A stretch of 59,525 bases of DNA, counting the filler, from Sphacelaria rigidula (taxonomy: Eukaryota): the NCBI GenBank assembly GCA_964200075.2. It is 10 parts of 10 records of this genome, joined end to end, with 100 filler letters (N's around TTAATTAATTAA, not from the genome) between each part and the next. Parts side by side here need not be neighbours in the genome. Positions count along the whole stretch, not along the records: positions 1 to 5,863 come from CAXNAA020023888.1; positions 5,964 to 11,826 come from CAXNAA020023889.1; positions 11,927 to 17,789 come from CAXNAA020023890.1; 7 more parts are not named here. One strand, given 5' to 3'. The notes beneath the pieces are model-generated. The model made no database searches. It was given only the letters and a program-made list of their open reading frames with translations, and had not been told where the DNA came from. This document shows, one piece after another, positions 1-12,889 of the stretch. Numbering within the stretch: position 1 is the first letter of the stretch; the number at the start of each line of letters is the position of its first letter. The translations under genes and the position numbers were made by a program.

Positions 1-321
1 CTGATTATCTTGCATTTGGATGACAGCCTACAATGAGCTCCTTTATTCTGTGGTATCGCCACTTCCAGAGACAGCCACGTCTTACACACTGCCTCATGGG
101 TGCCCCACCATGTAAACACTACGTAGTACGATCATCCCCTTTGTGTAGAGTTGAGGTTCTCCCACGCCGCACAACATGATCTAGCTTGACTGCCGTAATG
201 GTTACCGCAAAAAATCGCAAGCGCGCAAAAAAAATCGGTAACCTGGTTGTCTAGCTTACGCGGTGAGTGGCGTGTTTCATAGCGTCATCGCCAACCGACG
301 CCAACCCAATCGGGGTTTCGC

Positions 322-366
322 CCCTACAAAGCCGGGACGGAGCACGCTGGGTTCTCGCCGGATCAG
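322..366 (+). repeat. Fragment of the dispersed LTR-related family (CCCTACAAAGCCGGGACGGAGCAC...)
   Basis: Same sequence occurs in reverse at 5964-6040 and 53410-53520; it aligns by eye with the Gypsy LTR start at 35316. Confidence 0.65.
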
Positions 367-629
367 CTGTGCCGATGGGATGGATGATTGGGTAGCGGTG
401 AAACAAGCCATGGTCCAAAGGCAGGTTTGTTAGGGAAAGAGATACTCCCCACCTCCGAAGGATATGAAAATGCTAACGACTACAAGTTATCTCTTCATGT
501 ATGGTCTACTATTCGTTGTGTGCCTCTTTATTTTATCCCTTCTATCCTTCTCCCTACACAGTAGGCGGCATCACGAGCGTTTTCCTTGTATCGGAAAATG
601 AGCATACAAGGGATGTGTGTAACTGGAAA

Positions 630-993
630 ATGACCAAATACAAGTAACAGTATGACAAGCTGATCCGCGTGACGTCATCGTCGGCCTGATAACGCACCCG
701 CAATTCGCCGGTGCCCGACAACGTCCATCCCTGTATGCAAGCGTCTGCTTCTGTCGGACACCATGAAAGTTCTTCTGTATCATTTTTTAAGGTGTGAAAT
801 CTGTGAAACCAAGTTGTGGCGTGATTGATATTCCCGAACGTTTCGATATGAACGTTGTTGTTGCTATGGTTGTAGTCGTGGTCGTGGTCGTCACCGTCGT
901 CATCGTCATCGTCGTTGTTACGGCTGTCATTTTGCTGCTGCCATTTTGCTACCGCTAGTGCCATTTCTGGCGTTGTCATTACATGATATGATC
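630..993 (-). CDS. Possible exon of an uncharacterised protein with a D/H/N-rich linker
   Basis: Open frame (..SYHVMTTPEMALAVAKWQQQNDSRNNDDDDDD..IETFGNINHATTWFHRF..WCPTEADACIQGWTLSGTGELRVRY) follows a TTTACCAG acceptor. No family recognised and the 3' boundary is uncertain. Confidence 0.4.
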
Positions 994-3336
994 TGGTAAA
1001 TCATCGTGTCACATTTGTCCAAGAGGTAGAGAGGCAGAGACACGGGGTCATGATCGTAGCTTCGGTTGAAAAATGACCAAAGTCCAAATCCATCATTTTT
1101 TTCTTTTCCCTTCTCTTTCTTTTGTGCAGCAAATTGCCACAACGTGGTGGTGCTGGAGTTCAACGAACAAGACGATGGGGTGTACTCACAGTCGGCACAC
1201 AGCGTAGCTCCCAGTGGCAGGTGAGAAGGGCACATTGCTGTAGCATACGGTACACTTCAACGCCGATCAGGTACTTACAGCGTCCGTTTTGTACAGTATA
1301 CATTGTACATGTTCAGGAAATACTGGTAAAAACTACTACTGTCCGGTTTTGGTCTAGAGGACGTCTTAAAAGCGCTTCTATTTAATTTAAGGAAAAGCAG
1401 TGATGGCCTACATCTGTGACCACGAGTTCGAGAGGATCGGGCCAATGTGCGGAAAAAAATGATGATGATGGTGATGATGATGATGATGATATTGATGTAC
1501 AGTATACATCATGCATGTTTAGAAGTTTAAGAAATCGGACCAATATGCAGAAATAATGTTGATAGCGATGATGATGATAATGATAGTAATAATAAAAGTA
1601 ATTATAACAATGGTGATGAAAAAAATATATAAATGATGATCACAATCGTCTGAAAACTCGAGTATTTTCCTATGGGTGCATACTACTGGACAGAGATGCA
1701 CAGAGTGAAGTCAAGATGTATATGTGGGCCTCCTTTACGCAGCGTTGACGTTGGAAGATCCTTCTAACCAATGCGGTCTTTCAATACCTGGATCGCAACC
1801 GACTTCGGCAGCCTTGCTTCATGGGCGGAATCCCGGGCAAGAGCCTGTAGCGCTCTTTTTATGATCTCGGCCGCTCATCAGTTCTCACTGCGGCGTCTGT
1901 GACGGTTAGCGTCGCTGGTTTTCCCGTCTGCCTCGCGTTTTGTTCCTCGATTGTATCCTCTTTTCGAGTTTCGTGATCATCACGTACCTCTTCTGCGCAC
2001 TACATTGCCCTGGGTACTGCGTTCATCCTATTTGGTTCACCACGACCAGATTCGCAGCGCATCAGTTAAAGTGCGACCATAAACCGTTCAAGCGACCCAT
2101 CTTCTTTTGGGCTACTTTCAACGCCTTCGCTCCCTCAAAACGAGTCCGTGATCTTTGAGGAATTAACTCACTTCTCACTCGTTGCCCGCCTTGCAATTTG
2201 GTGTCGCGGATTGGATGGAGTCAGCACTACTCCCGCGCCTTATGGGCTGAAATCAAATGTGTCTATCTTCCCTGCTCATGTTTTCACATTTATAACAACG
2301 GAAATGGGATACTTTCACGAGAAAAGAAAAGAAAAAAAGGCCTATACGCACGTGCCGAGACTCGAACCCGTTTTTTCCTGCCCGGATCCGAACCCGTCTT
2401 GTCCTCCCGGGACGCGAACCCGTCTTTCTCCGACCTTCGGTGAAGCCGTACTGTTAGTCCACTGGAGCATATATGTAAATGGACGTATTCAGTTTTATGA
2501 AGCTCAGCCTTTGCCAAAGATTAACTTACTTCACGTCTCAAGTTCCATCGCTGCGTACTTAGGTTTCGGTAACAAGTTGTTTGGGACCCGTGACACTGGT
2601 GGCAAGGTGCTTGAAGTTCCCAATACTAGTGTTAGCTCGAGTCTGCATTCGTTCCCAAGGTCTGTCTTGGGGTCCCCCCTCCCCCCTCTCCCCCACATTG
2701 TGGTGAGACACCCCTGAGGTAGGGTGTAATCCGCGACCCGTGGCTGTCTCCGGAAGTGGAGAGACCAGAAAGTGAAGCAACTCGTTCGAGGCCGTCACGC
2801 ATAAATGTTCATAATACAAGGATCGGACGGGGCCACCTATCGGCGGCCCCGTTCTCCACGATAGGCGTGGAAAGGAATGCATATTTTTGGCAGATGGGAA
2901 AGGTTATGACTCCTACCGTGAAGTTAAGCCAGATATTTTATGTGTGTATCGGTCATGAAACTGTGTTGTGTGTGATGAGTAGGAGAGGGAAGATCTGGCA
3001 TAGGTGTGGCATGGGTGTGGCATGATAGGTATTATGGACCGCGAACGTTGAGAGCGCGGAATGGTGGATAAAACACAATGAATTTTGTCCCACGTTTTAA
3101 AAGCGTGAAGAACGCGGAAGACCCGAATGTGTCAAAGTGCTCCTCTACCGAAGGTAACGTCAAGTCGCACGGAGGATATGTCCGCACAAGTTTGTTCCAA
3201 GCATATCGAAATTATGCATTTTTGGGGTAATTTCAGAAGCAGTAGCTGTGGGCTTGAGGATGAACGTGCACAATTTTGGGAACCACAAACAACGTGGTAT
3301 AGTTTTATTTGTGGCCCACGCCGTCGAGCGCTGATC

Positions 3337-3740
3337 GGCCAGGACAGAGACAAGAAAAGTCGGCTCCAAAATCACCGAACCGCGGGAAATCGGCTGTTTA
3401 ATCCACCGAACCCTGAACCCCGGGGAATCGAATCTAGGGAACACAGAAAGGCCGACGAAAAAAGCAACGAAAGATATATGCGTGTTCTAAAATTTACTCA
3501 AGTCAGAGACAGCCTGGCGGAAAGAGGCAAAAGATAATTTGCCGTTCCGAAATTCACCGAAACTTGCATGTAGCTCAAGCATAGACTGCAGTTTACCAAA
3601 AAATAGACGGCCAGAACAGAGACAATGAAATTCCGCTCCAAAATTCCCCGAACCGCGGGAAATCGGCTGTTAAATTCACCGAACCCCGAACCCCGGGAAA
3701 TCGAATCCAAGGAACACAGAAAGGCCGACGAAAAAAGCGC
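3337..3740. repeat. Direct repeat pair of ~130 bp (3337-3467 and 3609-3738)
   Basis: GGCCAG..CAGAGACAA..CCGAACCGCGGGAAATCGGCTG..GGAACACAGAAAGGCCGACGAAAAAAGC occurs twice. Confidence 0.85.
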
Positions 3741-4312
3741 CCTGCGGAAGGCTGGAAACTGGGGCAATCGCCAAAAACCGGCATACCGACGGTATTTTCG
3801 CCAACATCCGGTATAGCTCACAACCCCCTTCAGAAAAGCCACTGATGCAGCCACCTGATTGACCACATCCCACCGCGTGCGCATTCTGGCGAACACACAC
3901 ACGGTATACCTGTTCTTGGAAACTCGATTTGGCTTTCACCGGTTTTTGTCGACGGTCTCACCGGTTTTTGGCGATCGAGGCAGTTATGCGCAAGTTCCCG
4001 GCCAGCCCCAAAAACGCACACGTCACCATATTTTATGTTACGTTTCCACGGCTGGTCGTTGGAGATCATAATGTCCGGAGTTTCGTTTCGTCTATCCGAT
4101 CACCCACCGTCCTGGAGCTTTGCCCGTCAATCCGACAACAAGCACGCTTAGTCAATCCGTCAACGAACACGCCTTGTCAATCTGACAAAGCACGTGGTGG
4201 TTCCACGGGTTTGAAGAGAACCTTCAGTTCAAAGCACACGGCGCCCTGTGTACTCCTGGCTGGCTGTCACGAGCCCACGAACTTACGGCCGTAGCACCCA
4301 GAACGTCCCAAG

Positions 4313-5211
4313 ATGGCCGCCCCTTCCCAATCTTACCAAGTTAACAGCGTCGCAATGAAACAGGGATTGCTACAATGATAGCAAACAGCTACGCGCGCAC
4401 TCCGAGTGAGCGTTCCTCTCCACCGGGAGGAGCATGATTGCTGGGAGAGGGGGCAATAAGCAAAAGGCGTATTACTTTTCGATGAGGAAATACGACAAAG
4501 CGACGAGGACGGAGCTAGGGTGCACCGCCGCTACCCGTGCCCCCAAGCAACGCACAGGGGACTGGAAGACGTCGTTCGTCGACCTCAACCACGTGAACTG
4601 CGCTGGCAGCACGACCACAGCATCCATCAGAGCAGTACAGCCTCTCGTGGATGAGACCCTGCGGCTAAATCTCAACATGACGGGCAAAGACTTGAAAATG
4701 CGGTGCAGACCCTGACGGGGGCCGTTTTTTCGGAACGCTCGGCGTTCCGAGCCCGTTCCAACGTACGGCAAGAGGGCGAAGCAGGAATCGCGGAGACGTA
4801 CATGTACGTGGAGTCGTATCTCAACGAGCTCGAGAGCCACTCCCCTGGCACAGTGACATGCTTGGAGGTAAGGTGATTATTTCCTTACTGGCGGCTGCGG
4901 GTGTCCTGTTCTGCTGATTGACTGCAGTCCAAAATTCCGTGTTTTATTGACTGTTGTACTGAAATTGCAATATTCAAGTCTTCGACGCGAGTCGACTTCG
5001 ACGCGAGTCGAATACGTTTGCCTGCACCCGTGATGTCGCACTCGCGCGTATGAATTCATGCTTTCATGCACCCCCGCGTTCGGTGCCCCTTCAATCATCC
5101 CGTCCTCGTCCGCACGTCGCCACGAGGCAGAAAGACGCGTCCGGACGGTTCAAAAGAGCTTTCGTCATGCTGGGGAAGGCAGCACATATCGCTGTGAGTA
5201 GTATCCCGAAG
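4313..5211 (+). mobile_element. Mutator-like (MULE/MuDR) transposase relic, N-terminal part, with an intron; frameshifted
   Basis: GCTAATRAPKQRTGDWKTSFVDLNHVNC (MuDR-type C..W..H.C), then YVESYLNELESHSPGTVTCLE|GTAAGG (exon ends 4867), then exon 5131-5211 CAG|KDASGRFKRAFVMLG..IPK|GTGAGA. This matches the MULE 'Y..L...NPG....D..GRF.R.F' stretch before the DDE core. Internal stops are present. Confidence 0.75.
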
Positions 5212-5863
5212 GTGAGACAAGAATGAATGCGGAGCGAGAGGTGACACGTTTGTGGTTCAGAGGGTTGGAGGTTTGTGCCTTCGCCGAGAAATTGCGACAC
5301 CGAACTCTCTCGGGACAGTTCACCACCCCCCTTTTTTGTTAGTATGGAGTGCCTCAGTTTTTCATTCTGCGTCTCAGGTGTGAAGCGCGAAGCACCAGGC
5401 AAACCTGTGCGCTAGCGAGGCGAAGCCTGGGACGTCAGCATCCGACGTGTTGGCGTCGGGTTGGACCCCTTCGGTTGACACGCGCATGACGGGGGACAAC
5501 ACCCTCCACTGCAACACAAGTGTTGCCTCTATGCAGCTGTCACGAGCACTGTACTACGCCCTTTGCTATAGCGGCTGCGACCCCTGAAGATGAACGGCGT
5601 GTCGACCACCACAAGAAAAATCCACTGGTTTATTCTCCGCTTCTGCCATGGCCCATGCAGCCTGCGAATCCGGGCCTGTCAGCATTTGCGGTCCTACATT
5701 TTTTTCAATATGAACACTCACCCTTTTGCGCAGACCCGCGGTTGGAATGTTGAAAGACACACAGGCAAATAGTACAAGGCGAAGACAATTTATTATTATT
5801 ATTTTCATATCCATCACATTAGCTCGATCTCTCGAACCCGTGGTCACAGAGTGCAAGGAGCAT

Positions 5864-5963
5864 NNNNNNNNNNNNNNNNNNNNNNNNNNNNNNNNNNNNN
5901 NNNNNNNTTAATTAATTAANNNNNNNNNNNNNNNNNNNNNNNNNNNNNNNNNNNNNNNNNNNN
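5864..5963. other. Artificial contig-joining spacer (N44-TTAATTAATTAA-N44); identical spacers at 11827-11926, 17790-17889, 23753-23852, 29716-29815, 35678-35777, 41640-41739, 47602-47701, 53564-53663
   Basis: Nine identical 100-bp linkers with a six-frame-stop 12-mer; the intervening segments are 5863 bp (x5) then 5862 bp (x5), i.e. length-sorted contigs. Confidence 0.98.
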
Positions 5964-7843
5964 CTCCGTCCCGGCTTTGTAGGGATGCGAGGTCAATGGT
6001 CTGATGACTATGGCAGGCATGATCATGAGTACACCCCTGACATCGATGATGATTGTAATCTTACAACGGTACCGTTGTAGTATGTCTGTAGTGTTGTTGG
6101 AACATTACAACGGTATCGTTGTAGTGTGTATTGTATGTAGCATGTACTCCGTCAGAGAGGACGCTGTACCGCTTACTTAGGTACGTATATGTCAGTAACG
6201 CCGTTAAGAACTCCAATTTAGTTTACTAAATGTATACTCATGTGTCAGTAACGCCGTTCGGAACTCCAATTTCAGGACGCCAATATGTTACGCATCGCTT
6301 TGACTAAATATATATTGACACTTCAATACATACACGGCCGGCATGCAGAATATATTTTGAGTGTTTTGTTCCCGGAGCAAATACATGGCCAATATATATA
6401 TCATGCATTACTTCATGATCATGACACGAGAAATATATGTTGTTGCTTCAATGTCTCCGAGGACATCTCAACACAAAATATATTGAGAGGACAATATTTG
6501 CGCTGTTTACAATACAAAGCATTGGTATCATATTGGAACATATTGTCTTGTCGAGGGAATAAGCAACACAGCGCCGGTGACCACAGGGGTACCAAAAGAC
6601 GCATATCGACCCGCGTTTTCTGTCGTCGTTATGTTTACCGAAGATATATGACATGCTGTGAAGGGGATGGGCGGCCCCGTACCCATGGCCAGATAGGTAT
6701 CAGAGGGCGTATATACCGGGTCGCCTCTTCTGTCACCATATTTTCTGACCAGTATATATATATATATATATATATGCATATATATCAAACGAATTCGACA
6801 ACTCTTCGTACCAATGCACGCAAACTTCTGCGGCTCCCTTCGAAGCTTTTTCCAATCTGCGCGAAGGTACATGAGAACCGGTCATCGTTGCTCGCATTGC
6901 CTAACGGTACAGGTCATAGTTTTAAGTGTAGTATTCTCCGCTGTGCGTACGAGCTGGGCGAGCCTAGAAACGGATTTAGGCTTTCAAAGCAATATCTCAT
7001 CGACACAGACGAGTTGGGCCATGATCCGCATATTGTATTCATCGTCCAATCAAGGGAAAGGTGCCCATCTGCTCTTAAGTCCGGGCCAATATTTTGTCGT
7101 TGATTAAACCCCATGTATAGTAACTCCTATACCTAACGGAGATAGCGTCCATACTAAAATTCACATGAAATCCCAATCGATGCAATCAGCGGATGACAAC
7201 AATTGTCAGTGTGGACATTCCCTGGAGGACTGGGAGACGATAGATATCCACACGTTCACCTAATTCGTCATCTACCTCGAGATGTGTTGCACGTGAGGCT
7301 CCATACTAAAATCGATATATTACGAGCAGAGGCACTAGGTGTTACAAATCTGGATATTGCGTCTCAGTTTTCGAGAGTTGCACTGTGAAATTTCATATGG
7401 AGAGCCGCTAGTGCATAATGCAGCTAAGAAATTGCTCTTTCATTTTTTTCATTTTTATTTTTTTTTCGGGTTTTTAGGGTAGTTTTGAGGAGAAATGAAC
7501 ACTGCTCTTCGGCCTTATCTCATTTTTTTGCTCAATTTTTTGAATTGTGATTTGAAACTTGGCATGAAGGACCACAGAGGTATGCTGAATGAGAAAAAAC
7601 GAGCCTTCGTTATTTTTGGAGGGGAGAGGTTCGGGCGTTCTCGTAAAAAGATGGTCGTTACCACACTATAACGCCGTACTAAACCAGTGAAAAACAAATA
7701 AGTACCAACCTGACCCATTTTTTTGTTCATATTCCGCTAGCGAGGTCCCACGCAAAGTTTCAGTAGAAGAACATCAAACGTGGGCCGGTAAGTGGCCTGC
7801 AAAATATTGTTCCGAATTTCCACCGTCCCCGATACTAAACCGC

Positions 7844-8082
7844 TCATTCGCCCACCAATATTTTGAGTTGGCCCCTGAAATTTGGCATGGACAATGCACA
7901 GGCCACATGAAAAAAAATTACCCATGTGGGGTAAGATTTTTATCTTCTCATGAATTAAGAGCAATAATCAGTTTTCAGGTAACAGTAAAATGTCCTCAAC
8001 TCGTGAAAAAAACAATGGGTACCCTATTCATTGTCCATGCCAAATTTCAGGCTCCAACTCAAAAGATTGGCCGACGGATGGG
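7844..8082. mobile_element. MITE-like fold-back with ~55-bp inverted arms
   Basis: CCAATATTTTGAGTTGGCCCCTGAAATTTGGCATGGACAATG ... CATTGTCCATGCCAAATTTCAGGCTCCAACTCAAAAGATTGG. Confidence 0.7.
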
Positions 8083-8924
8083 CTTGCAAACTACAAGTCA
8101 GCCTGTTCGCTGGCCCAGCTCGTATGGTGACAGATGTCCCGGGAGCAGGATATGAAGAAGAGTTTTATTGATGTTTGATAATCGTACCTGCAGGAACGGG
8201 TAAACGAAAACCTCCACCGTCGAAGAACACACACGCATTCACGTTCTCCACACACAGCAATGAATGGGAAACATCGTCCACCGTCGACGAACACACACCC
8301 GGGGACACTCGTACCATTAGACAAAATAGTATTGCGCCGCCCGATCACCCGAGGACACAATGACTTGTGACGGACACACGCCAGTGTTCGCCACCATGAA
8401 ATAAGCACTATTGCACCGCATAAACGCCCGTAACCGCAGTAACTATCGACATTTTCAATCCCACATCACAATAAGCAGGCAATACCCGCAACGTGATGGA
8501 TATATATTTGAGAAACTGAACATATAATGTATACAATCGACGAACAGTAGGGACCGTGGAAAGCAGTGTAAAAAGATATTTCGAGTTGAGAAACGACCCG
8601 AAAAATATGTTCGGGAAAGACATGATAAAAAGTGGCATCATAAACGTTGCGGCTCATGATAAAATGTGTCCTGCGTGGAGGAACGACCCGAAAGTCCGCG
8701 GCTCATGATAAAAAGTGTTTTGACAAAAACACAGCAAACGGGTATGTTCGAGAGAATAAAGAAAAATGGCATCGGAAACTTCGCGGCTGATACAGCACGG
8801 AAAAAAAAGGATCAAACAAAGACGATGATTTGCGCGCGAATTGGTGATGATAGCAAAAGTGGCATCGGGAACTCCGCCGGTGATAATTGCGTGCTTTGGT
8901 ACTTCGAAGAAACGCCGTAATTCC

Positions 8925-9640
8925 TCATCAGCTGTGCGCGTTGCTCTCCCTCGAGAGTAGGTCATCTGGCCATGCAGTGATTTTTGAATAAAACTGATGT
9001 CGATTCCACAGACTATCCACCGTCGCGGTCAAACAGTTACCATGTCGCCCGAATCTGTTCAGAATCCAATGCGAAAAATAGAGGCCGTTTGTTTTCCCTT
9101 AAAGCTAGTGCGTGAGGGTAGGTCATCTGGTCATGCAGTGATTTTTCGAGTAAAACTGATGCCGATTCCACAGACTATCCACGGTCGCGGTCAAACAGTT
9201 ACCATGTCATCTCGGACGCTCCAAGGGCCCACCGACACACCAGCGAGGAAGTCCATCAAACGGAACGCATCACGTCAAAACACCATGCAGGACACAGCCC
9301 GGAAAGCAAAACCCAAGCAGAACCGGAAGGCACCGAAATGTCTAGCGACTGCTCATCAGCTGTGCACGTTGTGTTCCCTTAGAGCTAGTCCGTGAGCGTA
9401 GGTCATCTGGCCAAGCAGTGATTTTTGAAGTAAAACTGATACCGATTCCACATACTATCCACGGTCGCGGTCAAACAGTTACCATGTCATCTCGGGCGCC
9501 CAAAGGGCCCACCGACACACCAGCGAGGAAATCCATCAAACGGAACGCATCGCAACGTCAAAACAGCATGCAGAACACAGCCCTGGAAGTGTATGTACTC
9601 GAAACCCCAGCAGAACCGGAAGGCACCGAAATGTCTAGCG
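8925..9640 (+). repeat. Three diverged tandem units containing the piggyBac-like MITE core, plus a duplicated ~150-bp flank
   Basis: GTAGGTCATCTGG..ATGCAGTGATTTTT..AAAACTGAT..CGATTCCACA.ACTATCCAC.GTCGCGGTCAAACAGTTACCATGTC at ~8958, ~9118 and ~9398. Confidence 0.8.
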
Positions 9641-10513
9641 AAATGGAAGCGGAGAGGCTGACATGTATAATCAGCCAAAACGTGTACTCTAATATCAAGA
9701 AAGAGGCAATGCGGGCTTCTCAGAGCTTCTGAGGAAAACATAATGACCGGAAAAATATGTAGTCTTGAAGCAAGTGAAAAAAGTGCGCCTGTCTAGAGGG
9801 TTCGACAAAGAAAAAAATGATAAAATGTGTATTTGTCCCACGATATCAATATATATATATATATATATATATATTGGACGCGCAATACGTGTGCAGTCCA
9901 AAGGTACCGATATATATATATTATATATATTACGCCGGCAATATATCGAAAATTTCCAAAATTATGGACTGAAATGTACTGGGAAAATATTGTATCGACC
10001 AGGGTGTGCAAATTCACAAGTACAAAAAATGTCTCTTCTCTTGCTTGGCTTCGGAGTACAAGCTGCTCTCACCAGCCACTCTCGTCCGCCGTATCCACCT
10101 CATGTTGGACATAGAGCCGCATGGATGACATTTACGAGGCGGCCATGAGATGCGGGTGGCCCTACACGCTGATGTGGATGCAGATTGCACTGCGGTAGGC
10201 AGGTCGGGGGTCGTGCGGTCGAAACGCCTTTCTTTGATTGTGGTACATTTTCGATCGCTTGATGACAACTGGAACCAAGATGCTGAAAAAGAAGCACAAG
10301 GCAGAGACGTTTTGTCAAAAAGGCAGTTCGACAACATCAGATGGAAATCATTAGCCTGACCGTAGCAGTACCGTTGCCATGCTCTTGTGTCCCGGTGCCA
10401 ACGTAACCTCTGCCGTTCAGGGAGACGGTTTTTCATAACTCTTGTGTCCAGCCGTTCAGGTAAACGGTTAATTATGACGGGAAAAACGATTGACCCTTTG
10501 GCTGTTAACGGTG

Positions 10514-10716
10514 AACCCTTTGACCGCGAGGGTATGTCACCTACTGAATCGGCAACAATTTCACTTGAAAAAAGTGTGTGGTGCAGACGGACTACCCACA
10601 TCGCGGTGTGAGGGTGTTTGATCGCGAGGGTAGGTCACCTGCTGAATCGGCCTCAATTTCACTTGAGAAAAGTGTGCGTGATCCACAGGGACTACCCGCA
10701 TCGCGATCGAAGGGTT
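10514..10716. mobile_element. Two tandem decayed copies of the ~105-bp piggyBac-like MITE
   Basis: ACCCTTTGACCGCGAGGGTA.GTCACCT.CTGAATCGGC..CAATTTCACTTGA..GGACTACCC.CATCGCG twice; homologous to 24022-24130. Confidence 0.75.
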
Positions 10717-10790
10717 GTTACACACACTGACTGGACAGACTAGACAGGCCGTTAATTCAGCTCGTGGTCATTCGTCTCTGCGTGTTTGCT

Positions 10791-11020
10791 GAGTGATGCC
10801 ACGGTAGGGGTGCACAAATATTTTCTGTAAGAGCCCTTCATCGCATCCAAAACATGACTTTTGAAATATGTGGGAGTACGCCAGGATCACTCTTCCAATG
10901 TGGCTTAGTAGGGGTATCCCGGATGAATTTGCCCTGGCCCATGTACTTGTGCATCTAGAATCGCGAGGAGACCCGAACCAGACAAGATGTTGCGTGAAAA
11001 GTGCACCCCTACCGTAAGAA
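10791..11020. mobile_element. MITE with TIR (GATGC)CACGGTAGGGGTGCAC; same family as 33371-33619
   Basis: ACGGTAGGGGTGCAC at 10801-10815 and its exact reverse complement GTGCACCCCTACCGT at 11001-11015. Confidence 0.7.
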
Positions 11021-12399
11021 CTGCTCTGTTCAAGACAATCCCGGGCAGATGTCTCTACAGGTGATATAATAGTGCCTTATATGCAACACGAAAACGACAG
11101 CTCACCGTGCCTCGCTCCATTCTCCCCCACAACACCCTCCCGGACGGCGCAATTTCCTTTCGGCATGGATGATCTTGGCTAAACACCAAGGTTTGCTTTT
11201 GATGTGATAGTACGTACACTTTCATGCGTTGTGTCAGGTTAGCCGCACGCAATCGTCGGTTCCCGAGTGATATATTCCATACTGACTCTGTTGTCCGTGG
11301 GTGGACTCGAAATGTAGTTCTTTGGACGAGCGGGTCTACGCGCATGTTTTGACCCCGTGTGTGCACTGCTGACGGACGTGTGCATTCAGCAGTACACTTT
11401 TCCAATTTTCAAAGTGGTTGTCTGAGACTATTCTAGATTCGGCATGAGACTTCTGTGAAAGAAAACACTCTCGTTTTTTTCGGAATACTTTCAAAAAACG
11501 AGCAGAATTTTTCGGGAAACGAGCAGAACTTTTCGAAAAACTGCTACAAAAATGACCCCATTATGTTTAATACAGGGCAGTACACTCAAGACAGGGTACT
11601 TTTGCAGTGGTGTATGGAGTACAGACCACTACTGTCAACACAAAACGACACAGCAGTTCTGCAGCATCACGAGAAATCACGCGCCGTTCTAATCGCGTTC
11701 CGCACGAGAAGGAGAAGAAGCAACAGCAGTAGTATCAGCAGCATCTTTACTGCTTGTAGATGTAAGCGGCTGGGGGTGGGTCTAAATCAGCCGGTGCCGA
11801 TTTGTGTGTGTGTCAGCGCTGTCCAGNNNNNNNNNNNNNNNNNNNNNNNNNNNNNNNNNNNNNNNNNNNNTTAATTAATTAANNNNNNNNNNNNNNNNNN
11901 NNNNNNNNNNNNNNNNNNNNNNNNNNAGCAGAGAGAACTGATGGTCTTGGACTGTCTGCACTGCACATTGTTCGCTTCCCCTTTATCTGCTCCTGCACGA
12001 AACACGCACGCACGCACTCATGACACCCTACTCGCAAGCAGTGCAAACTGTACAGACCATGTACCGTTTCACGAATTTCACTGCCTTTTTCGATCGAAAG
12101 CTTGAAAATCCATCCGGACCCAACTGGATCAAAACGAGAATTTTTCGCTCGGATCGATTCCACCGCTTCATCTTTTCGATCGAAAAGAAAAATGCTAAGA
12201 TAGGCCCTCAATCGTACCTTCAACTCTCAATTTCACGAAAACGTTGTCACCTGTGATGGCTTGGCTGCCATCACTTCTACTGCTGTCGCTTATAGCATTC
12301 AGCGTGTTGCATCATTGTTCATTGCTTCCCAGTAGCGTGGTGGCCCTTTACCCGAAGAAAACAGCACAGGGCAGGGTCGATGACGACTGCTGTACAGAC

Positions 12400-12850
12400 A
12401 GGACAGTCAACGCTGTATGTCGTCCGTACAATATTGTAGCTCAGTTCGGGCCTGTGCACGCAGCGTGTTGCGAATAGCCGTCGCAATGCTTTGCAGACTG
12501 ACAGTACGCACAAGACTTTGCGATAGGTGATGCTACCACTGTAGTACATCCAACGCATACAACACAAGAGTAGTGTCTGTACTGTTGTCCGTGCTGCCCG
12601 TACAACCGAGTAATACAGTGCAGCGAACTTGCAGCTCAGTTCAGGTCTGTGCATGCAGCGTGTTGCGAACAGACGTCGCTCTGCAGTACAGGCTGCCCAT
12701 GCACCCAAGCCTTGTAGATACAGGACCGTACTGACGGTACACACAAGACTATGAATAGTGCTACTGTTGTAGTACTACAGCCAATGCATGCAATACAGCA
12801 CTGTCGTGTGTACTGTTGTCCGTGCTGTCCTTTCAGACAAGTACTACCGT
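12400..12850. repeat. Two diverged ~210-bp direct units; homologous in reverse to 53664-53760
   Basis: GCTCAGTTC.GG.CTGTGCA.GCAGCGTGTTGCGAA..ACAAGACT..TGTACTGTTGTCCGTGCTG repeated. Confidence 0.7.
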
Positions 12851-12889
12851 GCAATGAAAAAGCACAACCGTTCACACGTCGGACGGATC

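Noticed and set aside
6285..7103. 272-aa ORF
   Set aside because: It crosses (AT)n and ATAT-rich repeat DNA and has no recognisable motif or splice context; likely a chance ORF.
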